Assembly (NCBI RefSeq): GCF_009834535.1 | Contig: NC_045698.1 | Coordinates: 3,288,001-3,352,000 of the forward strand | Direction of reading: 5' to 3' | DNA: 64,000 bases | DNA from: Camelus ferus | Taxonomy: Eukaryota | Shown here: positions 1 through 13,605 of the stretch, one piece after another | How the letters are laid out: each line of letters opens with the position of its first letter | How positions within the stretch are numbered: the stretch's first letter is position 1 | Notes under the pieces: generated by a model | Seen by the model: only the letters and a program-made list of their open reading frames with translations | Databases searched by the model: none | Told to the model about the DNA's origin: nothing | Translations under genes and position numbers: made by a program

Positions 1-1930
1 TTCTCATTAGTGAACTGTTTCTTTACAAGGACTGCAGGCCAGGTGACAGACTGGCCCTGTGTCTGTCCCCAGCAGCACGTCTGCTGGTGATCTCAGCGTG
101 ACAACTGTGGGTGCAGGCAGCGCACCAGCCAAACAGCCGGCAGGTGCAGGGTGGATGCTGCCTCAGTCCCGGGCGGGTGCGGGATCCAGGGCCCTCACCC
201 GAAGGAAGGGGGTCGGTTCAGAATGGGACAGCAGTGGGCACTGACTGCCCCGTGGGCGCTGGGCACGTTCCTTAGGCTCCTCGTATGTGTATGTCTCTCT
301 GAGTCATCCGCCCGGTCTTGGCAGGTCAGGCTGAGGGGTGATGGCCTCTTTGCAGAGCTTCCTCCAGAATCAGGTGAAGCGCTGGCTCTGGAGTTGAGGG
401 CCTGGAGGTTGGCCCCTGCCATGTCCAGCTGTCCCTCCCCTCAGATCCAAGAAGGACTGGCTGCGTTCCTATGCCACCAGGGGAGAGTCCATGCCCCTGA
501 AGTGGCTGCAAGAGCCCTGCCCTCCCTGGGGGGGTGTGACAGGGCTGGAAAGTGGTCAAGGTTAGGTGACACGGCTGCAGTGGCCCTGCTCTCCTGAGAA
601 GCGCAGCCCGGATGGACACGGGTGCATCGGCAGCCCGTCACCCCGGCCCAACGGTGAGAGGGGACTTGGGCAGAGGAAGTGCGCTGCTGAGGAAGCAAGC
701 CCTCTGGAGGGAGAGACGGCCAGGCTCAGAGGGCGGGCTGGACATTGCCCACGGAGGAGGCCCAGGGGGCCTTCTGGACGAAGAGCAGACGCACTTCGGC
801 AGGGGCTGCATGCTCCCGGTGGGGCTGGGACGGTGTGGGCAGGACCCAGTGATGGCACCGCCTCGGCAGTGCCACTGAATTAACTGAAAAACTCGTAGAA
901 GCTCCAGCCAAGAGCAAGCACACCTTAGACGCTGGCAGACCACGGGGAGACCAAGCCCACTGTCCGGTCAGCCCCACGCACAGCGGTGACCCCTCAGCAG
1001 ACCACTGATGCTCATCCCCAAATGCCTCTCTGTCTTATTAGACTCCCGTGTGCTAGTCAGTCACAGTCACCCGTAAGCCAAGCGAGTCACTGAATTGCAG
1101 ATGGAACCAAACTGGGGCGTGGTCACCACGTGGGGGGAACCCTGCCCTTTGGCCTCAGTATCAGGCTCCTACTGGTCTGTCTAGGACTTGTGGGATTTTA
1201 AAAACTGGAAGCCCCCTGTTCCAGAAAGTCTCCCATCCAAGGCCCATCAAGCTAGGACACTTGGTCACCCAAACTTGGAAATGTTAAGATCACCCACACA
1301 GTTACAGAGGGACAGAGCATCCAAACCAAGCCCACAGAAACCGTTTGGCAAGTCTCATCCCTGTTGTTCCGGGCTTGGCCAGCAGAGGGCAGCGGAGGAT
1401 CATCGCTGTAACCTGGACTGGCGAGCCACGGTTGGAACCCCCAAGGACAGGCCATCCCACGTCTCAGGTCCAGGCCTCTTTCATGGGAGGGATCATGGAT
1501 TCCTATATACTTTCTTGTAGTGGAACGATTCAATCATAATCCATCATCACATATTTTAGCACTGTCTTTAATTTTAGATAGTATGTTTGCAGCATGTAAT
1601 ACTTACATCCTAAGTTCTCAGGCAGAGGTGGTCTATTGCCAGGACGTTCTTGGTTGCTGTTATCACAGGCTGTTTTAAGTTAGAAAACGGAATAGCAACA
1701 GTGAATATTGTGGACATGCACTTTTGCTCCTTAATACTCCGTTGTTGCAATATTGGACTATCCATTTGGCTGTTACAGAGAAACTCTTAGCTATAATTAG
1801 TGATTTTGCCATAATAGTGTTATTAATCTATTGCCTATGTTTCTACTCTAGTGATGGGCTCTGTGTGCTACACTTTAATATCTTTAAGCTTGGGCAAGTG
1901 ACAAGTCTTTTTAAAAGAAATGTGGTTTGC

Positions 1931-4339
1931 AAGGATCATACACCATGATCAAGTGGAATTTATCCTGGAAATGCAAGGATTTTTCAGTATCTGCAAGTCC
2001 GTCCATGTGACACACTACATGAACAAACTGAAAAATAAAAGCCATATGATCATCTTAGTAGATGCAGGAAACGCTTTTGGCAAAATTCAACACCCATTTA
2101 TGATGAAAACTCTCTAGAAAGATGGTATGGAGGGAGTACACCTCAACATAATAAAAGCCACACATGACAGACCCACAGCTAACAGCAAACTCACAGGATG
2201 AAAAGCTGGAAGCATTTCCTCTAAGATCAGGAATAAAATAAGGATTCCCACTCTTACCACTTTTATTAAACATAGTATTAGAAGTCCTCACCACAGCGAT
2301 CAAACAAGAAAAAGAATCTGAACTGGGAAGGAAGACGTCAAACTGCCACTGTTTGCAGATGACATAACACTATACATAGAAAATTCTAAAGGAGGGACCA
2401 GAAAACTGCTAGAACTCATCAAGGAGTTCAGCGAAGTTGCAGGACACAAAATTAATACACAGAAGTTTGTTTCATTTCCATACACTTACAACTACAAAGT
2501 ATCAGAAAGAGAAATTAAGGAAACAATCCCATTTACCAAACATCAAAAAATAAACCTACCCAAGGAGGTGAAAAACCTGTACTCAGAAAACTGTAAGACA
2601 CTGGTGAAAGGAACTGAAGATGACACAAACATTGAAAGATATGCCATGTTCTTGGATTAGAAGAATTAATACAGTTAAAATGATCATACTACCCAAGGCA
2701 AGCTACAGATTCAATGCAATCCCTATCAAAATATCAATGATGTTTTTCACTGAACTGGAACAATTTTTTTTTAATTTCTATGAAAACACAAAAGATACCA
2801 AATAACCAAAACAATCTTGAGAAGGAAGAATGGAGCTGGAGGCATCATGCTCCTTGACTTCAGACTATACTACAAAGCTACAATAATCACAAAACTATGG
2901 TGCTGACACAAAAACAGACACACAGATCAATGAAACAGGATAGAAGGTCCATAAGTAAACCCACGCACTCATGGGTCAATTAGTCTATGACAAAGGAGGC
3001 AAGAATATATGGTGGAGAAAAGACAGTCTCTTCAGTAAATAGTGCTGGGAAACCTGGACAGACACCTGTAAAAGAAGGAAGTTAGAACATTTTCCCACAC
3101 CATATACAAAAGTAAATTCAAAGTGGATTAAAGACCTAAATGTAATAACAGAAACCATAAAATATAGGCAGTATACTCCTTGACATAAATCTGGGCAATA
3201 TTTTTTGGATCTCTCTAAGGCAAGGGGACAAAAGTGAAAAGCAAATAACTAGGTCCTAATTAAACTCGAAAGATTTTACACAGCAAAGGAAACCATCATC
3301 AAACAAAAAGGCTAACTGAATGGGAAAAAATATTTGCAAACGAGATGACAGGTAAAGGGTCATTATCCAACATACATAAACAGCTCATATAACTGAACAT
3401 CAAAAAACAAACAACCTCATTTAAAAAATGGGCAGAAGAACTGAACAGACATTTTTCCAAAGAAGAAATACAGATGGCCAACAGCTCGGCATCACTCATC
3501 ATTAGAGAAAGATAAAACCACAGTGAGATATCACCCCACACCTGTCAGAATAGCCATCATCAAAAAGAACACAAATAACGCATGTTGATGAAAATGTGGA
3601 GAAAGGGGGCCCTTGTCCACTGCTGGTGGGAATGTTAATTGGTGCATCCACTGTGGAAAACAGTATGGGATTTCTCAAAAAACTAAAAATAGAACTACTG
3701 TATGAACCAGCAATTCCACTCCTGGACATATAACAAAAACAAACAAACAAACAAACAAAAAAACACTAATTCAAAAGATACATCCACGCCATTGTTCACA
3801 GAAGCACTGTTTACAAGAGCCAAGATACGGGAACAACCTAAGTGCCTATCGACAGATGACTGGATAAAGAAGACATGGTGTGTCTATGCAATGGAATATT
3901 ACTCAGGCATAAAAAGAATGAAATGTTGCCATTTGCAGCAACATAAATGGACTCGGAAGGTATTTTGCTAAGTGAAATAAGTCAGAAAGAAAATTACTGT
4001 GTGATCACTTATGTGTGGAATCCAAAAAAACACAGCAATCTAATGAATATAACACAAAAGCAGCAGACTCACAGACACAAAGAACTAGCAGCTGCCCGGA
4101 GGGAGAAGGAAGGAGGGAGGGGCAGCCGAGGGGCAGCCTTGGGGTGGGGGATTAAAAGGTACAAACTATAAAATAAGCTACGAGGATTTATTGTACAACA
4201 CGGGAAATGTAGCCAGTATTTTATAATAACTATAAACTTTAAAAATTGTGAAAAACTATACTTGAAAACTATAACAATATAATATTGTATATCAATTATA
4301 AATCAATAAAAAACTAAAACAAAATAATTCATCTCTAAA
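1931..4339 (+). mobile_element. 5'-truncated LINE-1 (RT domain to 3' UTR), cetartiodactyl type, decayed
   Basis: L1 ORF2 remnants: LFADDI RT motif at 2349-2366 and peptides [21 protein letters not shown] and QPKCLSTDDWIKK. G-rich 3' UTR and A-rich tail. 18-bp TSD at 1913-1930 / 4340-4357 with a TT|AAAA endonuclease site. Many stops and frameshifts. Confidence 0.97.
3732..3763 (+). repeat. (AAAC)n microsatellite inside L1
   Basis: aacaaaaacaaacaaacaaacaaacaaaaaaa. Confidence 0.9.
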
Positions 4340-5245
4340 AAAAGAAACATGGTTTGCTTGCACAACATGGGTCAGTTCTGAGAGATCCTTAATGTCACTG
4401 AAGTGGTTTTTGTGGGTATAAACAGATGGCGACAGTTTTCATTGGTCCCTCTCATCCTAGCATTGGAATCAAGTCTGCTTAAGTTATGAAGTCACATTCA
4501 TGCCCTGATTTTATATACTTGTATCTATCAGTAAACATTGTGATTCTTGGGAAAAAAATGAAAGATGAGATCACATCTGTGTCTGTGAGAGGGCTACAAA
4601 GTCACATCTCCTGGTATGTTTTCAGAGTAAAGTCTTCATCGAAATTATTTGTTTTATTGTATCTGAAGGGTGAAGATGTCTTGTAGTTCAGCAGAAGTGA
4701 CACCCTGTGATTTTGGAAAATATTAAAGAACATGACATGCTTTCATCTGGAATGTGAACAAGACAAGCCCTTAAAAGTCTGGGGCTGGTTTGTGGCTGGG
4801 AGAGGCTGAGGCTGTTTAACAAAGCCACTCACGTGATCCGGGTGGAGACGTCTGGTCAAGAGGGAGGTGACCACCAGAGCAGACAGCAGCCTCAGCTGGA
4901 GCCACAACGGCCTTTGGTGTACCGTCCTGTGCACTTACACAGATTCCTCCTCTTGTCCTGAGACCTGCAGGTGCCTACGGCCCACGTGACGGGGGGCAGC
5001 TGAGGTCCCATCAGCCCAAGAGTGGGCGTCCGGCCTGGGCTCCTGCTCCAGCCCCGCTGTGCCCGCGCAGCTCTGTGCACACACCCGCCTCGTGCGGCAG
5101 GCACCTGGGACCAGCACCCGTGCCCAGGGGAGCCGGCCGCTCCAGGTGAGCCTGTGTCCCGCATCAGGGAGCAGAGCAGGCCAGCTGAAACCTGGGGTCC
5201 GTCCCACCAGCTCTGGGTGCTGGGTTCCCGCCATTTCACTCATTT

Positions 5246-5300
5246 CCATAGTAGTGCCTGGCACGTGGCAGACCCTTAATAAACCTTTGTTGGATGAGTG
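5246..5300 (+). mobile_element. L2 3'-end relic
   Basis: gtgcctggcacgtggcagacccttaataaacctttgttggatgagtg resembles the L2 3' terminus. Confidence 0.6.
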
Positions 5301-5385
5301 GTTATCCCAGCAGGCTGGTTCTCAAGAACACGGTCCCAGGAGAGTTTAGTCTGTTTTATCCCCAAGCACCTCACATCGCATCACA

Positions 5386-5820
5386 TTTTATCAGCTTCCT
5401 AAGGCTGCCCTAACACGTTGCCATAATTGGCACGGCTTAAACCAACAGGGACGCATCCCTCACAGTCCTGGACACCAGAAGCCCAAAATCAAGGCATTGG
5501 CAGCACCACTGTCTCCCCACGGCTCCAGGGCAGGGGTCCTCCTTGGCCCTCCGGCTGCTGCTGGTTGCTGGCAGTCCTCTGCATTTCCTGGCTTGTGGCT
5601 GTCCTCCCTCCGATTTTGATTTCTGCTTTCACATCTCATTCTCTCCCTCCCTGTGTCTCCCAGTGTCCAAATCTGCCTGTTTCTTGGAAGGACACTGTCA
5701 CTGGGTTAATCACACCCTCATCCAGGATGATCTCTTCTCATCGCTCACCTTAGTTACATCTGCAAAGACCCGATTTCCAGATAAGGTCACGCTCTGAGGT
5801 GCCAGGGAGCGTGAATTTTC
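5386..5820 (-). mobile_element. MaLR solo LTR (MLT1B/C-like)
   Basis: Collinear with the recalled MLT1C reverse consensus: cctaaggctgccctaaca..., ctcacagtcctggacaccagaagcccaaaatcaagg..., ttacatctgcaaagacccgatttccagataaggtcac. Confidence 0.9.
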
Positions 5821-5904
5821 TGCTCGCGTCAGAATGGCAGCCCCTGCGGACGCACTGACTTGGCAGCCCCTACGTTCAGAGCTTTGCTTGTGTTTTCACA
5901 GTTT

Positions 5905-6040
5905 ATTCTCAGCACCACCCAGTGAGGCAGGTACTAGTGTCATCGTGCCCATTCTGCAGGCAGGAAAACTGATGTCACTTGTCTGAGGTCTCAAAGCTGA
6001 AAGGACGGCAGACCCAGGACTAGCGTCCAAGTGGACACGA
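5905..6040 (-). mobile_element. MIR SINE relic
   Basis: gtgaggcaggtact...cccattctgcaggcaggaaaactga...acttgtctgaggtctcaaagct (MIR core). Confidence 0.7.
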
Positions 6041-8556
6041 GATGCTGACCCTTCTGAGAGCTGGGCAGAGGTGCCCAGAGCACTCCCCATCCAGGACGAC
6101 TCTCCGGCCCTCAGCTCTGCTGGGAAATGCTCTGACACCTTTAACAAATGTTTAGAAGTAACTGAAATTTAATTTTGTGGCTACTTTTAAAATGTTGTCA
6201 TGTCCAGAAAATGAATATGGGAAAAGAACAAAGCCAGCTGTTGACATCCAGATGTCCATCCCCCCTGGAAAACCCTTGGCCTGCCACACACCAGAGGGAG
6301 TTCTCACTAATCTCAGGTTCCCCGACGTGCCAAATATGAGATCTTCGCAACCTTCCAGGCTACAATGTGGAGGAGCACAAGGGAGGGCAAAACAAATGAT
6401 ACAAACGTTTAGGTCTTCACAGGCTTCCTAGCCAGATGCTCACAGTGCATTTAGGCGACAACTGTGGCCTAAGACCTAAAATGTAGGCCCCGTATGGGTT
6501 CTGCTGGACATCCGGTGCGACTTGGGGTGACCGGACATCCTCAGCACACGCCCCTCCTCGCTCTGCTCCCTGGACAGAGTGCCTCGGTCAGCAGCCCCTT
6601 CCCGAGGGACCACGCGCGGTGCCTACCTCTCCCCGAGGAGCGGGCACCAGGTCCTGCCAGCCCGTGAAACTGGAGAAGCCCATCGCATCTTCCCTCGGGA
6701 GCCAGAGACCGCCTCAGCCTCGTGACTGCATGAGCTGGCCCCCACTGCTGCAATTACTCCTCTGCTCTGAGCACAACCCCGTGTGGCTCCGGGTGTCCTG
6801 TGCCATGCAGTGCCCTCCTCCCCCGGGGCTGTGAGTCCACGTGACTAAAAGTCAACACTGATTCCATCTGCCAGGGGTCGGGTATTTGGCCATTCCCGTA
6901 ACCCGGGGGCAGGAATCCTCCCTCATCGGTGGGATGAAGAGGGGTGATGAGAACCCTTCCTCTCCAGGTCTTGCAAAACCTCACCGTCGCGGGGAGACAG
7001 CCCCAGGGAGAAACATTACAGCACTGCGTGGAAAGCAAGGGTTAAGGGACAAGTGTGCGAGGCTGAAGGAGGCCGAGAAACGAGCAGGTTTTCCTGGAGC
7101 AGAGCTTAGAGAAGATGCCAACCGAAATGGACACTGAGGCTAAAAAGAGGTGGGCCCTTGGCAGACACGGAGCGGGAGGGCAGGCTGGAAGGACATGTGG
7201 GTCACGTGGACCACGTAGGCAGGGGTGTGACAAGTAGGAGGCAGCTCGGGGCACCCGCAGCACCCCTCAGATCTTGAATCTCAGCCCTAGCACTGCCGGC
7301 CAGTGGACGCGGTGTGGATGCCTTCCGTGCGCACGCTGAGAGGCCACGGTCGGGCGGAGGGCCGTGCTTAACGAGGCCCCCAGGGTCTGACGGAGGAGAG
7401 CGGTCCACCTGCTGCCAGCCGTAGGGCATCCTGGCCTCATCTGGATTCAAGACTTGGCACAGGGTGGGGACTTGCCCCCGAAGTGTTTGCCTCCGGCCGC
7501 TTTGCGGCGACGCTGTTGTTCAGCGGCTTCTCAATGACATCCCGGGGCTTCGGCTGGCATCCACTCCTTTTTGCCAGAGCTGGAGAGGTGACATTTAAAA
7601 ACCATGTGAACTGTGGGTTTTTTAAAACTTTATTATGAAATGAGAGTTTGACTCTGAAGGGGGCGAGGCGATCACAATCTGGCGAATTTTTTTTGGAGAT
7701 AAATGGAAGAGCAAGGCGAAGGAGAACAGGCCACGAGTCACAGAGAGCAGGGTCGGGACGAGTCTCAGGGCACAGGCGAAAGCATCCTGTTAATCTCACA
7801 AGAGAGCCAGAGTTCAGGGAGATCATATAACCGTCACCTCCAAGAAGGCAGGACTTGATTCATGAACGAGCCAGGCTAGGAGGCCTTGATTCATACTCGA
7901 CGCATGACATTTGGCCATGTTTCTGTGCCAATAATTTTAATTTAATCAGCCCATGTGTCAGGGGCCGCTCAGATGCATTACAGCTGCGGTCTTCCACTCC
8001 CTCGTGCCCTGGAAGCTCCAGCTCCCTGGCCTGCTCCTCCCTGCGGCGTCGACAGGGACGCTCTGCCCTGACGTTCGCCGTGTGCCTGCGCCCTTCTCAG
8101 CGGGGCACGTGGGGGCCTCCCTAGGGCACGCCAGCTGCAGTGGCCCAAGCGTAGCCCTCAAGACTCTATGACTGTAGCTTTGGGTGTCCTTGGGGGCATG
8201 TCCATGCAGAGAAGAGAGATGCTGAGCACAGGGAAACAGTGCAGGAAGCCAGTATACCCGTTCCCTGAATTTCAGGCTAAAAATCAAAATCACTCAAATG
8301 CAACATGGAAGCGAGGCGTTACAAGGACAATTTTCTGACTGTTCATCCTTTTACAAAAGCATACAACAGAAGGGAGACAATAGGTTACTTTTAATCCCAG
8401 ATAAGGGAAGGCATTGAAGAGGTGTTAATATCAAGGTCCACTAATTAATTAACATGAATGGATCTTGCACACGACAGAGAGGGTAACTTAAAAAGTAAGT
8501 TTTTTTCCTCTCCTAGCCAAACAAGAAAAGAAAGCTGGCTGGGATTAGGAACAGTA

Positions 8557-9050
8557 TGTTCCAGAAGACCACCCAAGACCTGTACCCTGAAGGAAATGGG
8601 TATGAAAAAGTCAGAGGAGAGGAAAGAATTAGGTGCGGAGCCTTCAAACGGAAAGACGCTGGTAGAACCAGGCATTTGTCGAACCCAGTGGCAACGTCCT
8701 GAAGATAAAACCGTTGGCTTCCTGCAGGACCCAGCCAGTTTGCCTAAACAGCAATTTCAGAGCAGCTTTTATTCATTTCTAGCTCAGTTGTCTATGAAAA
8801 GGCCAAAGTGCTTGCCGATAACCAAGCCCACGCGGGCAGCGAGGACTGAGCGCACGTCAGCACGTGCAGCCCCAGCCCGGACGGCCCGCCCTTGTCCTCT
8901 GCAACGTGAGCTTGGGCGTTGAGCCCTGACGTGTGCCGCCCCCTAGACCTGTGTGGATGCTGAGGGCTCTCCGGGGTCCAGTCTCCCGGATCCAAATCCC
9001 CTCTGTGCCCACACTGTGTTTCTCCGTGATGTCTGGGTTGTGTTGTTTTG
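8557..9050 (+). mobile_element. Possible ERV1-type solo LTR
   Basis: LTR-like phrases (cctgaagataaaaccgttggcttcctg; gccgataacca; cctagacctgtgtggatgctgag). Termini and TSD not established. Confidence 0.35.
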
Positions 9051-9689
9051 TTTCCTCAGTTTATGTTTGGTTTTTTTTTCTGGCCTATGAGAGTTTTCCA
9101 TGTGTGCATTTTCGATTCCTCAGAACATTCTCAGCACAGACTTTAAGTAGTTACTGATTTCTATAAAGGTCCGTTCCCCGTCTCATGGACAGACTTTGTA
9201 AAATGCTGGTTCCCCTTTCACTAGGAACAGCTCCCGTGGCCTTGGTCGTGACCTTTATTGCTCTCTCTGTAACTTGAACAATCTGGCCTGCAGCAGCTCA
9301 GTTCTGTGCAGTGAACTCCCACTGAAGACATGCGAACAATGGTAAGCATTTCTGGTTATTTCCAGAAGACCAAGAAGACAGGTCCCTGATCAGATGGCTT
9401 AGGGACTTCCTCCTGGAGGCTTGATTTCCTCCATGAGGAGTTTCCACACAGCTCTTGACATGCCAGGAGCTGGGTTTAAGAGGGTGAATGATGACAGAGT
9501 AGTGTGTCCAGTTCCCCACAGAAGAGGGATGATGGATAAAAGGAATTGGGTTTTTGAGGACATGGTAATCTTGGCCAGAGGAAAAAAATGAAAGTCACAT
9601 TTTTGACAAGGGGGCAGCCTGACAGAGGTATATGGAGTAACAGAAGAACATTTATGTTTGATAAATACTCACTACAGTGGAAAGACGGG

Positions 9690-11047
9690 ATGACAGTTGG
9701 TGGGGGGGGGAAAAGGAGAGCCAGATGGAGCCTGTGAAAAGGCCGTCTTCAGCCGCTGAGGCTGTGGGCTTTCTCTGTGGAAGGAGAGAGACTACAGTGT
9801 GTGCACACCCAGCCAAGAGGGAGTCCAGCTCAACCTCTGGACATTCCAGTCCAGTGAGCCAGTAGGTTCCTTGGTTGGCTTAAGCTCTTTTGAGTTGTCT
9901 TCTGTGATCTGCAACTAAGACAAATGGGAAGCCACAGGAGCATCTGATGGGTGCTGGTGTGGTCCCACCTGCACCTGGGAGCTGCCTTCAGCTGCCTTTG
10001 GAGGGTCAGGGATGAGAGGGGTGGGGGATTCAAAACATGGAGCGGAGAGCACTGCAGTGTGCCAAGTGGACTCACCTCTGAGACAGGGCGCTGGTGATGG
10101 AGACAGAAAGAGAAGATTTGGAAAAAGAGCAGCCAAAGCTCAGGCCCAGTTAGAGGTGGAGGGCTTAGGAGCGGAAGGCTGTTGAGAGTGACCCCGGGCT
10201 TCTGATACAGGCGAGTGATGGAGAGAAGGAACAGCTCTGGGAGAAGGTGGGCGTGCTTGGTCTTTATTCCTTGGAGATTTAGGGTCTTGATAAATAATAT
10301 GCCTCTGCTTGAGGGCTCAACTGGGAGATAAGCAGAGGGCCCGTTCCCTGGAGATACAAGTGCGAGGCTCTTTACTAGAGAGCTCTAAAGGAAGGTGGCG
10401 CTAAGAGGATGGTCCAGTGGGCTCACCCCTAAGTCCTGCTTTGCATGGCCCGAAGCAGCTGAGAACCTGCAAAGTGCAGACACATCTGCCCCAAGGCGGG
10501 GCCCAGAAGAGCTGAAGCCCCACATCGTCTGACATCTCTGCCCAAACTCGCCAACCAGGAGTGAGAGAGACGGCCGAGAGGGCTGAGGAGCAGTGCTGTT
10601 AAGGGCTCTGACGCAGGGAAACCCAGGGTAGGACACGACCCCATAGAACCTGCATGAGCGGCACCAGCAGGTACTTCCAAGCATGCGTCTGATGTTCCCA
10701 GGAGGGAGCCCACAGCGTGGAAGACACACGTGTGTGTGTCTGGTGGTACAGCAGACGACATCTGGAGACGGCGTGGGCTCCCCAGGCAGAGACCTTACTT
10801 GGGAGACAGCAGGACTGCGGTGACCTGAGGACGGAGCCCGCACAATCACCACCGTTTAAAGAGAGGGACCAGAGGGGTCACACTCTTTAATGAAACAAAA
10901 CATGCGGTAATTTCCAAGGAGATCCAGGAAAGAGGCGGCCCCCAGAAGCCCAGGAGTCTGCGTGATAAGAAACAGTAATAGATGTTATGCTCTGCAAAGA
11001 TGTCCGTTAGAGTATGCAATGAAAACTGTCCTTGGGTTTTGGCAATT
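9690..11047 (-). mobile_element. Fragmented L2 relics
   Basis: Purine-rich L2-like blocks (ggtgatggagacagaaagagaagatttgg; gagtgaccccgggcttctg; aaaactgtccttgggttttggcaatttgg), discontinuous. Confidence 0.5.
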
Positions 11048-11051
11048 TGGG

Positions 11052-11569
11052 TGTGAATGAAAAATATTGCCAGCCATATCAGTAAACAAAGGATTCTGTG
11101 GCCATTAAGTCATCAGCCACTACCGCCATCCCTGACGGTAAGCAGAGGGGACTCAGGATGGAGACACGCAGGCAGCCCGGCCTCTGCAGCTCCCCCAGCG
11201 GTGCCCCCGGAGGGGACTCAGGATGGGAAAGCACAGGACACTGGCCCTAGACAGCTGGGTGCTCATCAAAGAAGTGAGTATGAGTATGAGAATGAACCAC
11301 GAGCCATTCAGCGAGCCCAGACCCTCGTGCCTTCCCTGACGTGGAAAAGCACTGAATTCCCCAGCTTGAGCCACCTGGTTCCCGTTAATTAACAGTAATC
11401 TTTTAATGTTCTAACTACCTGGTCTTTGTTGTAAAAACGCCTGTATATCCTGGCCCCTCTCCCCAGAGCGATCTGAGAGGCTGTCATCCTGGGCTGAGGT
11501 CCTCAGAAATGTCCGCCGAATGAAACGTAACTCTTAACTTCTAGGTTGTGCATTTTATTTCAGTCGACA
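11052..11569 (+). mobile_element. ERV1-class solo LTR (518 bp)
   Basis: TG...CA termini with an imperfect inverted repeat (tgtgaatgaaa / tttcagtcgaca). 4-bp TSD tggg at 11048-11051 and 11570-11573. TATA-like tgtatat and decayed polyA signal aatgaa near 11519. Confidence 0.88.
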
Positions 11570-13229
11570 TGGGCACCACACATGAAATTTGGAGAAATAC
11601 CCAGGGCAGGACACCATGTCTGTAACGCTGTAGTATCGAGGGGTGCTAACTCCTGACCGTAAGTTGGGAGGGGTCATTTCCTGTTGGTGTAAATGGTGGC
11701 CCACCGGGCAGCAGTGTGGCACTGGGTGTTGCCTGATGAATGCTCACTGGTGTCACTCAGAGGGGTGGCTGAGCTTAACCACCTTACAGCCCACATGGGA
11801 ACCTGGGAAGTTCGGGGATCCCTCTGAGCCAGCAGTCTGCCTACCCCAACTTCTACCCAAAGGTCTCTAAACATCACAGCTCTACCTTTTCGTCACATAC
11901 TTGATATTCCACTTGAATGGCAGGGTCTCAGTTTTCCTTAAAGTTCGAAAAATTCTAGTAAAGACTAATAAAGTGGCATCAAAACTTACTGCTACTTTTT
12001 TTTTATTATTTGTATATATACACATTAAATTAAAATACATACTTGAAAGATTAATACTGAAAAAACAAAGACCAAAAACAACCTCATGAAAGTATCATTT
12101 GGCATTTGAGTTGGGCAGGTAGATACTATGTGCATTTGTAAAAAAGATTAGGTTATGATTGCAAGTTAAAAAAAAATCCACACAAAAGACCTATATCTTT
12201 ACTATTAAGAATAACTGAAATTATTTAAATATTACTCATATTCTCTGCAAAAGATATTTTTTATCAACTAAAATTTTTATGTTCCACTATTTTTACATTC
12301 AGGGATGCATTTAAGTATTTGACTTACAAGATTCTTTCTGGATATTAAGCAGCGCCTTTGATACATGAAGTATGAACTTGGGAGAGCACCGCCTCTGAGA
12401 ATTTTACGTGAGGTATAGATAAGCTGCTGTTCGCCTTTGTCTTGTCAAGAGGAACTAGGAGAGGCGGCAGGCTAAAGGCGGGAGGCCTCAGGGGGGGTCT
12501 GAGGGCACCAGGACTTAGCTGCAGGAAGTAAGCAGCACACACAGGACATAGGCTAGGGTTTGATTCTCCAACAAAAGAAGTTCCCTTTTTCAACTGTGCT
12601 GAGGGAAGAGGTAGGCAACTGAGTCCTGGCCCTGCTTGTATTCCGAAGGACACTTGGCCAACAACTCGGTTTAGGAAGCTTGGGAGGGGTCTCCTAACTG
12701 TCCCAATGTATTTTGTTTTGTTTCCATTTTGACTTTCTCTAATACTTACCAGGGGCATCAACTACTTGGGGGAAAAAAAAAAAAACAACAAGCAGGCCAC
12801 TTACTTTGGGACCAGAAAGGATGATTCAGAAAACTGGTAAACTGGCATTCCCTTTGATGGAGAAAAATCCCATGGAAGTACAGTTGGAAGGTGGGTCCCA
12901 GAGGGACCAGCAGAAAGGGTCAGAAGAAGAAGGAACTTAGTGGGACAGGATCCACCCCAAATCAGGTGAATTTCAGGCAATCTCCGTCTCCCCTGGGTGG
13001 TTTCTCATCTTGATGTCTAAATGGTTCCAGCAGCAGTGGAAGACTATGGCATTCAAGGAAGGTATGTCTCCCATTGCTTCCTGGTGACTCTTGGATGGTT
13101 TTGTTATGCTAGCAAAGCAATTTGCTCTCTAACGGTTTCAAATCATCTTCTTCCCTCTGCAGTTACCATTACCTATTGATTATCTTCCAGAATTTAAATA
13201 TCAGATGAGGGATCTGGAAGAGGGAGATA

Positions 13230-13304
13230 AAAAAAAAAAGAAACCAAAAAACCCAAACAAACAAACAAAAAAACAAAACAAAACAACAAAAAAAAAAAAA
13301 ACAA
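13230..13304 (+). repeat. A-rich / (AAAC)n low-complexity tract
   Basis: aaaaaaaaaagaaaccaaaaacccaaacaaacaaacaaaaaacaaaac... Confidence 0.9.
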
Positions 13305-13454
13305 GCCCAGAGCACCAGTATGTAATGGTGCCTTGGCTTTCCCGCTACTTGAGAGAAGGTTGGTTCTACCATCGCTGTATATGCTCAGTCCTCTAATGAG
13401 TTTAAACACCCCATGCTTTGAAAAGCTTTGACATTAACGTGTATTGAGAGTTCC

Positions 13455-13605
13455 ACAGGTATTTGTTTCATCCCCGCAGCTACACTACGTGGTAGGTATT
13501 GCTGTTCTCATCTCAAGGTGAGAAAACCAAGAACCAGAAAGGTATGTGACTTGTCAGCAGTATACGGCAGAGACAGGTCCACTGCAGATCTGGGACTCAA
13601 TGCTA
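13455..13605 (-). mobile_element. MIR SINE relic
   Basis: ggtaggtattgctgttctcatctcaaggtgagaaaaccaagaaccagaaaggtatgtgacttgtc (MIR core). Confidence 0.7.

Noticed and set aside
1920..4171. ORFs with reverse-transcriptase similarity
   Set aside because: Fragments of a dead L1 ORF2, not a novel RT system.
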